Source: a virus
Direction: 5' to 3' (one strand)
IMG/VR virus record: IMGVR_UViG_3300008117_000018
Span: 47,419 to 111,418 of that record
Length of the DNA: 64,000 bases
Made by a program: the position numbers and the translations under genes. A model generated the notes under the pieces. That model saw only the letters and a program-made list of their open reading frames with translations. It was not told the origin of the DNA and searched no databases. This document shows positions 28,967 to 39,297 of the stretch, in pieces. How positions within the stretch are numbered: position 1 is the stretch's first letter; each line of letters starts with the position of its first letter.

Positions 28967-30094
28967 ATGAGTAAAATATATTTAATTGGTGATAGCCACA
29001 TAGGCTTAGGATACCCAAATTCAGTCGACAAATGGTATAAAGTACACAAAGAATATTTTTCGGAATTTCTTATACCGACATTAAAAAAAAGAGTCAAATC
29101 AGGAGATATAATAATACACTTAGGTGACTTATTTGATAACAGAAACATTATTCCTATAAATCTTTTGAATTACGGAATGGATATAGTTGAAGAACTATCT
29201 AAAATAGCACCGACACACATTATCATTGGAAATCACGACCTTTGGTCAAAATCAGCCTCTGAAATCAACTCTATAAGACCATTTAGGTATATTCCTAATG
29301 TCACAATTTATGATAAAGTATCAAAGATTGAATATAATGGTGGAAAACTATTAATGATGCCATACATTGAAAAGAGGTTAGAACAAGTCAAACACATAGA
29401 CGAAAATAGAGATTGTGATTATTTATTCTGTCACTCAGACTTAAATGGTTGTAAAATGCACCTAACATCAGTTGCTCACAAAAATTCAGACAAAATTGAC
29501 ATAGAAAACTTTTCAGCCTTTAAAGGTGTTTATTCAGGTCACATTCATTTAGTACAGACAAATAAAAACTTTACTTTTGTTGGCTCTATATTCCAAATGG
29601 ATAGAAATGATTTTGGTGACCAAAAAGGAATCTTCGTTATTGATACAGAAGACAATACAGAAGAGTTTATTCCTAATAAAGTATCACCGGTTTTCAAAAA
29701 GGTAAGAGTGGTCGGAGAGGAAGATATAGAAGTTTTAGAAACATTAAAAGACACAAAAGACTACGTTGATATTTCAATATCAAATAATCTACTAATATCT
29801 AATAGAAAATTAAGAAGAAAGCTTGAGATCATTTTAGAAAAGAGCAATTTTGCATCAGTAGAATACATAGATGATATAACTAAAGAATTAGAAGATAACG
29901 AACAAGAATCAATAAATGAAAATTTAGACGAAGAAAAAATAGACATTTCTATACAACTTGACTATGAAGACTACGTAAAAGAATATATTCTGAAACAAAA
30001 CTATGATAATGAAAAGTTCAAATCTGGTCTTTTAACAGAGTATGATGAAGTAATAAGAATTTTTAAAGAAAACTATAACTCAAAATTAGATTAA
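28967..30094 (+). CDS. recombination endonuclease (gp47 / SbcD-Mre11 family)
   Basis: GDSHIG, LGDLFDNR, IGNHD, FCH, SGHIH metallophosphoesterase motifs. Confidence 0.92.
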   Translation: MSKIYLIGDSHIGLGYPNSVDKWYKVHKEYFSEFLIPTLKKRVKSGDIIIHLGDLFDNRNIIPINLLNYGMDIVEELSKIAPTHIIIGNHDLWSKSASEINSIRPFRYIPNVTIYDKVSKIEYNGGKLLMMPYIEKRLEQVKHIDENRDCDYLFCHSDLNGCKMHLTSVAHKNSDKIDIENFSAFKGVYSGHIHLVQTNKNFTFVGSIFQMDRNDFGDQKGIFVIDTEDNTEEFIPNKVSPVFKKVRVVGEEDIEVLETLKDTKDYVDISISNNLLISNRKLRRKLEIILEKSNFASVEYIDDITKELEDNEQESINENLDEEKIDISIQLDYEDYVKEYILKQNYDNEKFKSGLLTEYDEVIRIFKENYNSKLD

Positions 30095-30095
30095 A

Positions 30096-30326
30096 ATGAA
30101 ATGCTTAGAAGTTTTTGATAGGTGCAAAATAAATAAACCATTCTCAAAAGAACTCAAAATATACTCGGAAAAATATTTGAAATCAATACTGAAAGAATTA
30201 GAAGAAATAGAAGAATACGAGAAATGTCATTTTTTAAATTCATTCATTAAAGAAAGATTTAATCACAAAAAAAACTATTTAAATGGTAGCCATTTGCACA
30301 ATGATATGCAAACCATTTCACTTTGA
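30096..30326 (+). CDS. hypothetical protein
   Basis: 76 aa; EEYEKC motif reminiscent of a UVR helix. Confidence 0.5.
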   Translation: MKCLEVFDRCKINKPFSKELKIYSEKYLKSILKELEEIEEYEKCHFLNSFIKERFNHKKNYLNGSHLHNDMQTISL

Positions 30327-31083
30327 AACTTGGTTAAACTATCACTTTAGTATAGGTGTCGAATATATTTTCTTGAGAGTTGAAAATACTCCGGAGTTAG
30401 AAGAAATTATTTCAAAATATTCAAACGTATTTGCATACTACGACTCTGATGTTAATACTTTTAATAACTACTGGACAATTCAAAAAAGACAAAACCATTT
30501 TTTTGAAACAATAAAACAAAAAATGTTAGATTTAAACATTGAATGGGTCGTCTCAAATATAGATTCTGACGAACTACTTTGTTGTGAAAACATAAATGAA
30601 ATTTTAAAAAATGTTCCAAAAAATTATGACGTTGTTCAAATATCTAATTACGAGGCAGTTTACTCAAATGACAACGTTGATAATCCATTCATAGAAACAA
30701 ATACTTTTATAGAAAATAATTTTTTAGCATACGGAAATGGTAAATCCGCGTCTAGATTAAATGAAAAAACCGAAACACATGGTCCACATTCATTCAAAGG
30801 TTCGGTTTTTAAACTTCTTCCAAGAAAAATCTGCGTTTTACACTACGAATCTTCAAATTTTGAAAGATGGTACACTAAATTTAAAAACTACAACCAGACA
30901 GATAAAGAATTAATTGATAAAATACCATTTCCATTTTATAAAGAATCAATCGAAATAATAAGAGAAGGTAACAAAGAAAAAGCAAGAAAATATTTTAATA
31001 AAAAAAAGGTTGATATATCAGAAAACACTTTAAAATTGTATTGGACACCTACATTACAACAAAAAAATATTTGCTGGGGTTAA
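30283..31083 (+). CDS. glycosyltransferase (GT-A, GT2-like/GT92-like)
   Basis: WLNYHFSIGVEYIFL, NIDSDELL (DxD), GKS..R, VLHY. Confidence 0.75.
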   Translation: MVAICTMICKPFHFETWLNYHFSIGVEYIFLRVENTPELEEIISKYSNVFAYYDSDVNTFNNYWTIQKRQNHFFETIKQKMLDLNIEWVVSNIDSDELLCCENINEILKNVPKNYDVVQISNYEAVYSNDNVDNPFIETNTFIENNFLAYGNGKSASRLNEKTETHGPHSFKGSVFKLLPRKICVLHYESSNFERWYTKFKNYNQTDKELIDKIPFPFYKESIEIIREGNKEKARKYFNKKKVDISENTLKLYWTPTLQQKNICWG

Positions 31084-31084
31084 T

Positions 31085-31729
31085 TTACTTTTTAAGAGTG
31101 ATTGTAATAGTAGCACTTTTATCACCATATCTATCTTCTGTTATTTCCTTTTCAACATTAAATTTTGAAAAATCTATACCTCTAAAAAGACCATTCCATT
31201 TTCTATCAGTATAAGAACTTACATATCCATTACAATTAACAGTGATTTTCAATTCTTCTTTATCCAATTTCTTAGTCATACCATTAACAAAGTCGCTTTT
31301 AGCAGCAAATGTTTTTTTAGTCATTTCATTATAAAGTTGTTGAACTAAAAACAAAGGTCCATCGACTTTAGATTTTTGTATAAAAGTAACTACTATATGA
31401 TGTCTCATATGTGGATTTATTGAAACTCTAGAGCTTTCTAAGCGATTTTTAAGAGCTATTAACTCATCTAAGAAATCCCAAAATTTATCATCAATAATTG
31501 TTTCACTGTATCCACCAGATGGTCCTAATTTAAAAGAGTTTCTAAATATTATATTAATAGATTTATATCCAGAAAATTCACCTTCGGTTATAATTCTTGG
31601 TTCCGAAAAAGAATATTCAATTCCTAGGTCAGCAATAGGAAGTAATAACTCATCTAAATCTTCTTTAGATAAATCTGTTATATCCTGAGATTCATTTAAA
31701 TGTTGTAAAAACTTATGTAAGTATTTCAT
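31085..31729 (-). CDS. hypothetical protein
   Basis: 214-aa ORF starting MKYLHKFLQHLNES. Confidence 0.7.
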   Translation of the reverse strand: MKYLHKFLQHLNESQDITDLSKEDLDELLLPIADLGIEYSFSEPRIITEGEFSGYKSINIIFRNSFKLGPSGGYSETIIDDKFWDFLDELIALKNRLESSRVSINPHMRHHIVVTFIQKSKVDGPLFLVQQLYNEMTKKTFAAKSDFVNGMTKKLDKEELKITVNCNGYVSSYTDRKWNGLFRGIDFSKFNVEKEITEDRYGDKSATITITLKK

Positions 31730-32430
31730 TATTTGTTTTTAAGTTTTTTATCTAATATCTGAGCAATATGACTTCCTATAAAAAAGTGAAAGTTTTTCAG
31801 TGTATCTGTATCAAAAGTTTCTATTTCGTCCATAAATCTAAACTGAAATCTATAATAATCATTTGAGTTATCACTATCATCAATATAAACTTTTTTTATA
31901 GACAACTCCATATCATATTGATTATTAATGTTGATTTTAAAATCAAAAGTGGTTTTGTCACAAGGAGTGTGTTTAAATTTTGGTTGATACTGAACATCAA
32001 AAACCGAATAATCAGTTATATTCTCTCTGCGCATATAATAATTTAAGAACATTGAAGGTGCCTCAATAAAGTCCGAAAGTATCTGTAAATCTTCTCCAAA
32101 ATCATTTGAATCTACTATATCTTCTATCTTTTTCTTTAAATCTAAGAGATTTTCAAATTGAATTTTATGATAAACACAATTAATTTCGTACAAATAAATA
32201 AACGAATTTTCAATTAAGTTCTTTTTTTCCGAGTCTACTTTAAATATAAATTTAGTATGAATTATTGAAATATCTTCAGTTGACAATCCATGTAAAGTTA
32301 TTACAAGTTTTAAATAACTATCATCATCTGGTTTTTCATATAATGTCTCAATAGACGAAACCACTGTCTCATCTTCAGTTGTAAACAACTCTTTAAATAT
32401 TTCTTCGACCTCTGATATTTTTACTCCCAT
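31729..32430 (-). CDS. hypothetical protein
   Basis: 233-aa acidic ORF, TAATG-coupled to the next gene. Confidence 0.7.
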   Translation of the reverse strand: MGVKISEVEEIFKELFTTEDETVVSSIETLYEKPDDDSYLKLVITLHGLSTEDISIIHTKFIFKVDSEKKNLIENSFIYLYEINCVYHKIQFENLLDLKKKIEDIVDSNDFGEDLQILSDFIEAPSMFLNYYMRRENITDYSVFDVQYQPKFKHTPCDKTTFDFKININNQYDMELSIKKVYIDDSDNSNDYYRFQFRFMDEIETFDTDTLKNFHFFIGSHIAQILDKKLKNK

Positions 32431-32435
32431 ATTAA

Positions 32436-33200
32436 TTATTTAAATTGTTTATCGTATAACTTTCTTTTCATTTCCATTACTTTACCGATATATCCATTTC
32501 TTCTAAGTAGTTTAAAAACTAAATTACCTAAAGAAAATTCCCCACTTTCAGAATCTAAACCACTTTGACGATAGTTTTTGATTTTTTTCCAAACTTTTTT
32601 TATCTTTGGCTCTAATTCGTCAAAGTCTTTACTCTTTGACTCTTCTTCAATATCATCTATTGACATTATAATATTTTTAGACTTTTCTTTTATCATTCTT
32701 TCATTGGGTTTGAAATCCATTTTGACTGGTTTTTTAACCCATTTATCATGTAGTAACGAATAAACACCACCCATTTTCCCGGTTTTGAGTTCATCTCTCA
32801 TAACATCGTCATCTTGAATACAAACCTCAACTTCATATCCTTTTATTTTGATATCATGTTGTTCATTCCAAATCTTTTTAGCATAATCACATAGTTTTTC
32901 AACTAAGTCATAGTCTTCATCAACATCTTTAAATTTAATTGTTATATGTAAATCATAATCAGAATATTTCTCGGACCAGTTATAATTACAAAGAGAACCA
33001 CAAAGAATTATATCAATTACATCCGCTTTAATTTCAGTACCATCAAAAAAATCCTGACCAATTTGAAGTAATTGTTTTCTAACTTCGTTGTCTAATTCAA
33101 AATCATCCCATAATTTAGTAGGTAAATTGTCTTGCAATCTAAATGACTTTATAGGTGTAAATGTTCCTCTTTTGAATTCAAAAAACTTTGTCAATTTCAT
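32436..33200 (-). CDS. Pol-beta superfamily nucleotidyltransferase
   Basis: DIILCGSLCNYNWS..SDYDLHI (hG[GS]..DxD) and third acid in YEVEVCIQ. Confidence 0.8.
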   Translation of the reverse strand: MKLTKFFEFKRGTFTPIKSFRLQDNLPTKLWDDFELDNEVRKQLLQIGQDFFDGTEIKADVIDIILCGSLCNYNWSEKYSDYDLHITIKFKDVDEDYDLVEKLCDYAKKIWNEQHDIKIKGYEVEVCIQDDDVMRDELKTGKMGGVYSLLHDKWVKKPVKMDFKPNERMIKEKSKNIIMSIDDIEEESKSKDFDELEPKIKKVWKKIKNYRQSGLDSESGEFSLGNLVFKLLRRNGYIGKVMEMKRKLYDKQFK

Positions 33201-33222
33201 ACCAGTATATATTAAATTAGGA

Positions 33223-33249
33223 AAACTTAATTTGATAATCTAAATATAA
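33223..33249 (+). promoter_or_regulatory. putative middle-class promoter AAACTT-N15-ATATAA (representative copy)
   Basis: Similar bipartite motif upstream of genes starting at 4706, 4781, 6281, 8965, 26918 and 28967. Confidence 0.5.
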
Positions 33250-34910
33250 TGATTATGAAAAAAATTCTAATTATCGCGCCGCACTTATCAACAGGTGGAT
33301 TACCTCAATTTCTATTAGAAAAAATTCAGATTCTAATAGAAAATTATAAAGTCTTTCTAATAGAATGGTCAAATATAACTGGTGGAGTATTTGTAGTTCA
33401 AAGAAATAAAATCTCTAAATTACTCGGAAATGACTTTTATACTTTAGGTGAAGATAAAAAAATGGTATTAAAAATAATAGACGAATTGAAACCGAATGTT
33501 GTTCATTTTGAGGAGTTTTCCGAAACATTTATTGACTTTGAAATATTACATAGTATTTATCAAAATAAAAATTATTTTATAACCGAAACCACACACGGTA
33601 CATCTTTCAATATTAATGATAAAAAATTCATTCCTGATAAAATAATGTTTGTCTCAAAGGGTAATTTTAATCAATACAGAACAATTACTCAAGATTGTGA
33701 TGTGATAGAATTTCCTGAAAAAAATAAAAAAAGAGTTGAAAACTTAGAAAAATTAGGTTTAGACCCAAGTTACAAACATATTTTAAATGTAGGCCTTTTT
33801 ACCAGTGGTAAAAATCAAGGTGAAATATTTGATTATGCCAGAAAACTAACAGATTATAAAATTAAGTTTCACTTTATAGGAAACCAAGCTGGTAATTTTC
33901 AAGATTATTGGAAACCAATAATGGATAACAAACCAGATAATTGTATAGTATGGGGTGAAAAGGAAAATGTTAAGGATTTCTATGATTCTATGGATCTATT
34001 TCTATTTACATCAATTTGGGAAAATAGACCTCTGTCTGTTTTAGAAGCAATAAATAGCGACATGAAAGTTTTAATGTATAACTTAACTAATTATGCAAAT
34101 GACTTTGCCAGATTTAATAATGTTTCTTTTTTAACATCTGACTTTGATTCTAATATAAATTTAATATTAGAGAATCTTTCTATTCAAAAATCAAATAAAC
34201 AAAATAAAAACTCTGTTAAAATTGATACAAATTTTAATCAAAACTCATTAAAAAATACAAATAGAATTTCAACATATCATATACTAACCGATATTGACAC
34301 AGAAAGAGAAATAAGGTCTATTGCCGACCTATCTAAACTAGAAGATTTTGATTTCTCTTACAATACAATAATTAGTAAAAGATGGACAGAACTTCCACCA
34401 AAAGAAACTTGTGCCTTTCCAGACATAGTTGCTATGGAACCAGGTGGTAAATTGACACCCGCACACTATGGTTGTTATTTAGGACACAGAAAAGCTTTTG
34501 AAACAGGCTACATAGATAATCCAGAGTATATGATTATATTTGAATGTGATTGCATCTTAGACACTACACATGAAGAGTTTGTAAAAAAAGTAAATGAAGC
34601 TATTGAAATAGTCGAAAAGAATGACCTGTTTATGTTTTCTTTTGGTTTTCACAATAACCAATCAATTTTATCAAAAGAGGAAAAATATTATAAAGTTTAC
34701 GAATTTATAGGTGCACATGCTTATTTAATTCCTAGAAAATCTTATAAAACAATTTACGATACTTATCAGAACGAAAAATGGAATGTTGCGGATTTATTTA
34801 TGGGAAACAACTTCAGAAATTTTGTTCATGGAATTTTTCCAAAACCAATTACCAAACAAGCTGGTGGTATATCAATATTAGAAAATTTAGCAAATGAGGA
34901 CAGATATTAA
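33249..34910 (+). CDS. bifunctional glycosyltransferase (GT4 + GT25-like)
   Basis: PHLSTGGLPQ, NVGLFTSGKNQ, DLFLFTSIWENRPLSVLEA (GT-B ExxxxxxxE); C-terminal GCYLGH..IIFECD..GAHAYLI. Confidence 0.85.
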   Translation: MIMKKILIIAPHLSTGGLPQFLLEKIQILIENYKVFLIEWSNITGGVFVVQRNKISKLLGNDFYTLGEDKKMVLKIIDELKPNVVHFEEFSETFIDFEILHSIYQNKNYFITETTHGTSFNINDKKFIPDKIMFVSKGNFNQYRTITQDCDVIEFPEKNKKRVENLEKLGLDPSYKHILNVGLFTSGKNQGEIFDYARKLTDYKIKFHFIGNQAGNFQDYWKPIMDNKPDNCIVWGEKENVKDFYDSMDLFLFTSIWENRPLSVLEAINSDMKVLMYNLTNYANDFARFNNVSFLTSDFDSNINLILENLSIQKSNKQNKNSVKIDTNFNQNSLKNTNRISTYHILTDIDTEREIRSIADLSKLEDFDFSYNTIISKRWTELPPKETCAFPDIVAMEPGGKLTPAHYGCYLGHRKAFETGYIDNPEYMIIFECDCILDTTHEEFVKKVNEAIEIVEKNDLFMFSFGFHNNQSILSKEEKYYKVYEFIGAHAYLIPRKSYKTIYDTYQNEKWNVADLFMGNNFRNFVHGIFPKPITKQAGGISILENLANEDRY

Positions 34911-36480
34911 ACACGGATTTATTGTAACTTACTTTAGAAGTTCAGACGAATCAGAAAAATTACTTTCTGATATGATCGAAGTATTAAGTAAAGAAAATTT
35001 CTATTTAGTATTAGCAGCACATAGCTTAGTACCAGTTGAGATACAACAAAAATGTGACTTTTTTATTTATGAGTCTCTAAACATCTCAGATGATAGAAAA
35101 TATTCACACGGTGTTGCAGAAAGCTCTCTAATTGAAATGTCACTAAATCACCTAAAATATCAAAATATTGAGTGGACATTTAAAACCTGTTATGATATCA
35201 TATTAAATGATGTTTCAGTATTTTCTAAAGTTACTAATAATTACAAATTTCCATTTGTAACATGTAATTGGGGCGATCATTTTATATGCACCCATACTTT
35301 TTTTGCAAACGTAGATTTTATACTCAATAATATCAATTTCTACAAAACAGTAGAAGAAATGTTCCAAAACAGCAATGTATTAGAATTGTGCTGGCAAAAT
35401 GATATTTTAAATAAAAACTTAAAAGACCAACTCTATATCTACGAAAGTAAAGCAGAGTTATTTGGTAATTCAAATATAATAGATGTAGTTGGTTTCAACT
35501 ATCACAATGTTGAATTCTGGTACGAAGAACAAGAAAATAAATTTTATGTAAAAAATAATGGAGTTGATTATTCAGCAGAACTTAGAATCTTTGATTACTA
35601 CAGCGATACTTGTTTGTATGTAAATAAAGATTTTAATCAACCAAAAGGAGCTGTCCATTGGATAGTATCACCAGTGACAGATTATTTAAAATTTTCTAAA
35701 AACGGATATTATTTAGAGATTTATTTAGAAAATAAAACTATAACAAAAAATATCTTAATAAAAGATTTTAGACTAAAAGATCCTAACTCAAAAAAATTTA
35801 AAAGAATCAAAAGAAAAGAAGTCAAATTTAATGAATATTGTGATTTTACAAATTTTGACCTTTATTCAGAATTTGGGATAGATATTAAAAAAATTAATAA
35901 TTATGTAGACATCGGTGCTTGCTATGGTCTTTCTATTTTACCTTTTTTAGAAAATAATTGTAAAATATACATGATTGAACCCGATACAAATAATTTAGAT
36001 ATTCTAAAAGATATATGGAGTAACTCAAATAATATAAAAATAATAGATAAAGCAATATCAGACACAAATGGAGTAATAAATTTCTACATAGAAGAAAATT
36101 TGAGTGTTGTATCTAGCATTTTTGAAAAAAATGCCTTAGGTAACGAAAATGGTAGAAAATCTATCGAGATAGAATCCATAACACCAAACAATTTAATAGA
36201 AAATTACATAGATGAATCTGAGATTGACCTTATGAAAGTTGACATTGAAGGAGCAGAGTATCAATTTTTTGAAAATATCACAAAAGAAAACTTATCTAAA
36301 GTTAAAAGATTTATTATTGAGTTTCATAATAACGAAGACTTTAGAGTGATGAATATATTAAAAACACTAGCTAAAAACGGATTTAGATATAAATTATCCA
36401 AATGGCAAAATTGGGATGATGATTTTATCATTTCAAATAAAATGGGTATAATTTACGCAGAAAAAACTAATAAATTATGA
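34894..36480 (+). CDS. FkbM-family methyltransferase with N-terminal GT-like domain
   Basis: VDIGACYG, IEPD, IDLMKVDIEGAEY, IIEFH. Confidence 0.85.
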   Translation: MRTDIKHGFIVTYFRSSDESEKLLSDMIEVLSKENFYLVLAAHSLVPVEIQQKCDFFIYESLNISDDRKYSHGVAESSLIEMSLNHLKYQNIEWTFKTCYDIILNDVSVFSKVTNNYKFPFVTCNWGDHFICTHTFFANVDFILNNINFYKTVEEMFQNSNVLELCWQNDILNKNLKDQLYIYESKAELFGNSNIIDVVGFNYHNVEFWYEEQENKFYVKNNGVDYSAELRIFDYYSDTCLYVNKDFNQPKGAVHWIVSPVTDYLKFSKNGYYLEIYLENKTITKNILIKDFRLKDPNSKKFKRIKRKEVKFNEYCDFTNFDLYSEFGIDIKKINNYVDIGACYGLSILPFLENNCKIYMIEPDTNNLDILKDIWSNSNNIKIIDKAISDTNGVINFYIEENLSVVSSIFEKNALGNENGRKSIEIESITPNNLIENYIDESEIDLMKVDIEGAEYQFFENITKENLSKVKRFIIEFHNNEDFRVMNILKTLAKNGFRYKLSKWQNWDDDFIISNKMGIIYAEKTNKL

Positions 36481-38753
36481 TTAAAACAAAAGTTAAAATA
36501 GATTTTCAGGGCTCTGATGTAGTCGAAGTCACAAACATGACCGATATAAGATTAGAAAATTGTTTATTAGATATAAAGAACATTCTTTACGGAACAATAT
36601 GTTATCAAACATTCGATTTATCACCAAACGAAACTATAACATTTCAATTATCAAAAGATAATTTTTATGAAGAGTGGAAGGATGAAAAATTTAATGTTAA
36701 ATTTTATTCAAACCATAAGTTGATTATTGAAAAAAGTTATAATGATAAATCAAAATGTTTTGTGATTTTAACAAATGATAAGTTTGAAAAATTAGCTGAA
36801 CAATTAATCATAGGATTAGTTAAATATACCGATATTGATATTTTACATTATAACATCGGTTATAAATCTACACTAAACTATCCAAATCTAAAAAATATAG
36901 AATTTGGAATTGGTGAAGACACAAATGATCCTCACTACATGCAGTTTTCAAAAGCTCCTGTGTTTTTAGATGTGATTGAGAAAGGTTATAAAAATTGCAT
37001 ATTTTTAGATGTTGATATACAAGTGAGACCAAATATCTATAAAATGTTCGAATTATTGAGTGAAATAGAAGATGGTCCGATTTTTCAAAAAGGCGCACAT
37101 GATTACACTTTAGTTGGTAAAGAATATGTTCCAGGCCCATTGGTTCAAAATTTGTTAGAGCTTCCTAATCAAAAATACCCACATGGGATAACCAATGTAG
37201 TTCTTTTTACAAATAATCACAAGAATTTATTTCAACAATGGAAGGATGTATGCTTTTCCAAAGAGATAAAAGAAATAAAAAAAGTAGAGTTCCTACATGA
37301 TGAATTGTTGTTAAATGGATTGATGTGGAAAAATAACATCAAGCCAAAATATTATTGGTTTGGTTTGAATATTGACTCAATTGAAGATGTTAAATTTTTC
37401 TATAACTATAATAATAATACATTCAATGATCGTGTCGATTTAAATGACTACGGTATAGGTCATCCTTTTCAATCCTTTATACCTTTTGATAAAGAACAAA
37501 TAATGTTCTTTCATTGTATAAAAGATCCAAATGTTGCAAAAAAAATAAATGATTATGTATCTGAAAGAGAATATGGTAGTTTCTCCGATAGAATTTCATC
37601 ATTCTATAAAGACATAAAATTTACCGAAAATAGAATATTAGAAAAAACAAATATTCAAATAATATCACACTACATAGATGGACCATACGTTGAAATTTTA
37701 TGTAATGAAAAAAGAAACTTTATTGTAAATTTCTTTGACGGAAAAATGAAATTAATACATCGTTCAGAAATCACTAGTAATATGTGGACAAGAGCAAATA
37801 AAAGATATTATGATGATTATACCGTTCAAATAATAGAAAACGGAGAGGTTATTTTTGAAGAACAAATTAATTTAGAAAATAAAAGAGTTTTGATAACAAT
37901 AGAATCTTCATCACTTGGAGATTCTCTAGCATGGATGCCATACGCTGAGGAATTTAGAAAAAAACATAATTGTGAGGTCATATTATCAACATTCAATAAT
38001 GAAGTTTTTGAACAAAACTATCCAAATTTAATTTTCTCAAAACCAGGTGAAGTTGTTCACAATCTACACGCATTATATAGGATTGGCTGGTATTACGACG
38101 CTTCAATGGAAGTAGACTATTCAAGAGTTCCAAATAACTTTAGAATGCAACCTATGCAAAAAACTGCCTCTGATATTTTAGGTTTAGAGTATAAGGAAGT
38201 TATGCCATTACTCACATTACCCAATGTAGAAAAGAAAAGAAAAGTAGGTATTGCAATACATGCAACAGCACAAGCTAAATATTGGAACAATCCAACTGGT
38301 TGGCAAGAGGTTGTAGATTATCTAAATAGTTTGAACTATGAAGTAATGTTATACTCACGAGAAGGAGATGGCTATATGGGAAATTATCATCCATCTGGTA
38401 TAACTAAATATCCAGGCGGAACGTTACAAGATGTTATAAATGATTTAGCAACTTGTGAATTCTTCATAGGCATAGGTTCAGGTCTCAGTTGGTTATCTTG
38501 GGCTACAAAATTACCAACCATTATTGTGTCTGGATTTAGTTACGATTATACTGAAACAATTTCAAATACGTGGAGAGTAATAAATAAAAAGACTTGCACA
38601 GGTTGCTTTAATACTCATAGATTGGATCCAGGAGATTGGAATTGGTGTCCTATATTTAAAGGAACTGAAAAACATTTTGAGTGTAGTAAGGAAATAAGTA
38701 GTCAAGTGGTAATAGATAAAATAAATGATGTTATAAATACTTTACGTAATTAA
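36477..38753 (+). CDS. GT-A domain fused to autotransporter O-heptosyltransferase (Aah/TibC, BAHT-like)
   Basis: IFLDVD (DxD); SSSLGDSLAWMPY, QAKYWNNPTGW, FFIGIGSGLSWLSWA, C-x2-C-x13-C-x11-C iron-finger-like motif. Confidence 0.85.
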   Translation: MIKTKVKIDFQGSDVVEVTNMTDIRLENCLLDIKNILYGTICYQTFDLSPNETITFQLSKDNFYEEWKDEKFNVKFYSNHKLIIEKSYNDKSKCFVILTNDKFEKLAEQLIIGLVKYTDIDILHYNIGYKSTLNYPNLKNIEFGIGEDTNDPHYMQFSKAPVFLDVIEKGYKNCIFLDVDIQVRPNIYKMFELLSEIEDGPIFQKGAHDYTLVGKEYVPGPLVQNLLELPNQKYPHGITNVVLFTNNHKNLFQQWKDVCFSKEIKEIKKVEFLHDELLLNGLMWKNNIKPKYYWFGLNIDSIEDVKFFYNYNNNTFNDRVDLNDYGIGHPFQSFIPFDKEQIMFFHCIKDPNVAKKINDYVSEREYGSFSDRISSFYKDIKFTENRILEKTNIQIISHYIDGPYVEILCNEKRNFIVNFFDGKMKLIHRSEITSNMWTRANKRYYDDYTVQIIENGEVIFEEQINLENKRVLITIESSSLGDSLAWMPYAEEFRKKHNCEVILSTFNNEVFEQNYPNLIFSKPGEVVHNLHALYRIGWYYDASMEVDYSRVPNNFRMQPMQKTASDILGLEYKEVMPLLTLPNVEKKRKVGIAIHATAQAKYWNNPTGWQEVVDYLNSLNYEVMLYSREGDGYMGNYHPSGITKYPGGTLQDVINDLATCEFFIGIGSGLSWLSWATKLPTIIVSGFSYDYTETISNTWRVINKKTCTGCFNTHRLDPGDWNWCPIFKGTEKHFECSKEISSQVVIDKINDVINTLRN

Positions 38754-39297
38754 CATAACAATCTGAACTATTATGATAAGTATTGGTCGGAATGTCACAA
38801 GTAATATTCATAATATATTGATGTAATCTATCACCATATTTATATCGGTCTCTTCCTTTTGGATCAAAATAAGAAAAAACCCCATTTTTAGAAAGAGATC
38901 TATCAACAACTTTTTCTCTAAAAAATGAGATATTATCACAATCAGCATCATAGAATATACCATCATATTTATGTTGATTTATCTTCCAATATATTTTATA
39001 CCAATCACCATAAATCACTCTAACATTTTCCTTTGACTCTGACCATATTTTTAACTTCTCGTAGATTTGTGGATTTACTTCAACTATTGTATGTGATTGA
39101 ATTGAAAAACTTTGAACATAATTTGCAAAAATTCCCATGCCAAAACCTATTTCTAAAATATGACCACCATTCTGACAGACTACTTTTGAATGTTCAAACA
39201 TAAGCTCATTTTCCCAACTCATCATAACAAATGAATTAGGTTCATTTTCTAAATGAATTGAATCTTCACTAAATACAACATTTCTACCATTTGTCAT
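38731..39297 (-). CDS. class I SAM methyltransferase (GAMT/Rmt2-like)
   Basis: VMMSWENELM, GGHILEIGFGMGI, HTIVEVNP, GDW, YDGIFYD. Confidence 0.8.
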   Translation of the reverse strand: MTNGRNVVFSEDSIHLENEPNSFVMMSWENELMFEHSKVVCQNGGHILEIGFGMGIFANYVQSFSIQSHTIVEVNPQIYEKLKIWSESKENVRVIYGDWYKIYWKINQHKYDGIFYDADCDNISFFREKVVDRSLSKNGVFSYFDPKGRDRYKYGDRLHQYIMNITCDIPTNTYHNSSDCYVNYVKYL

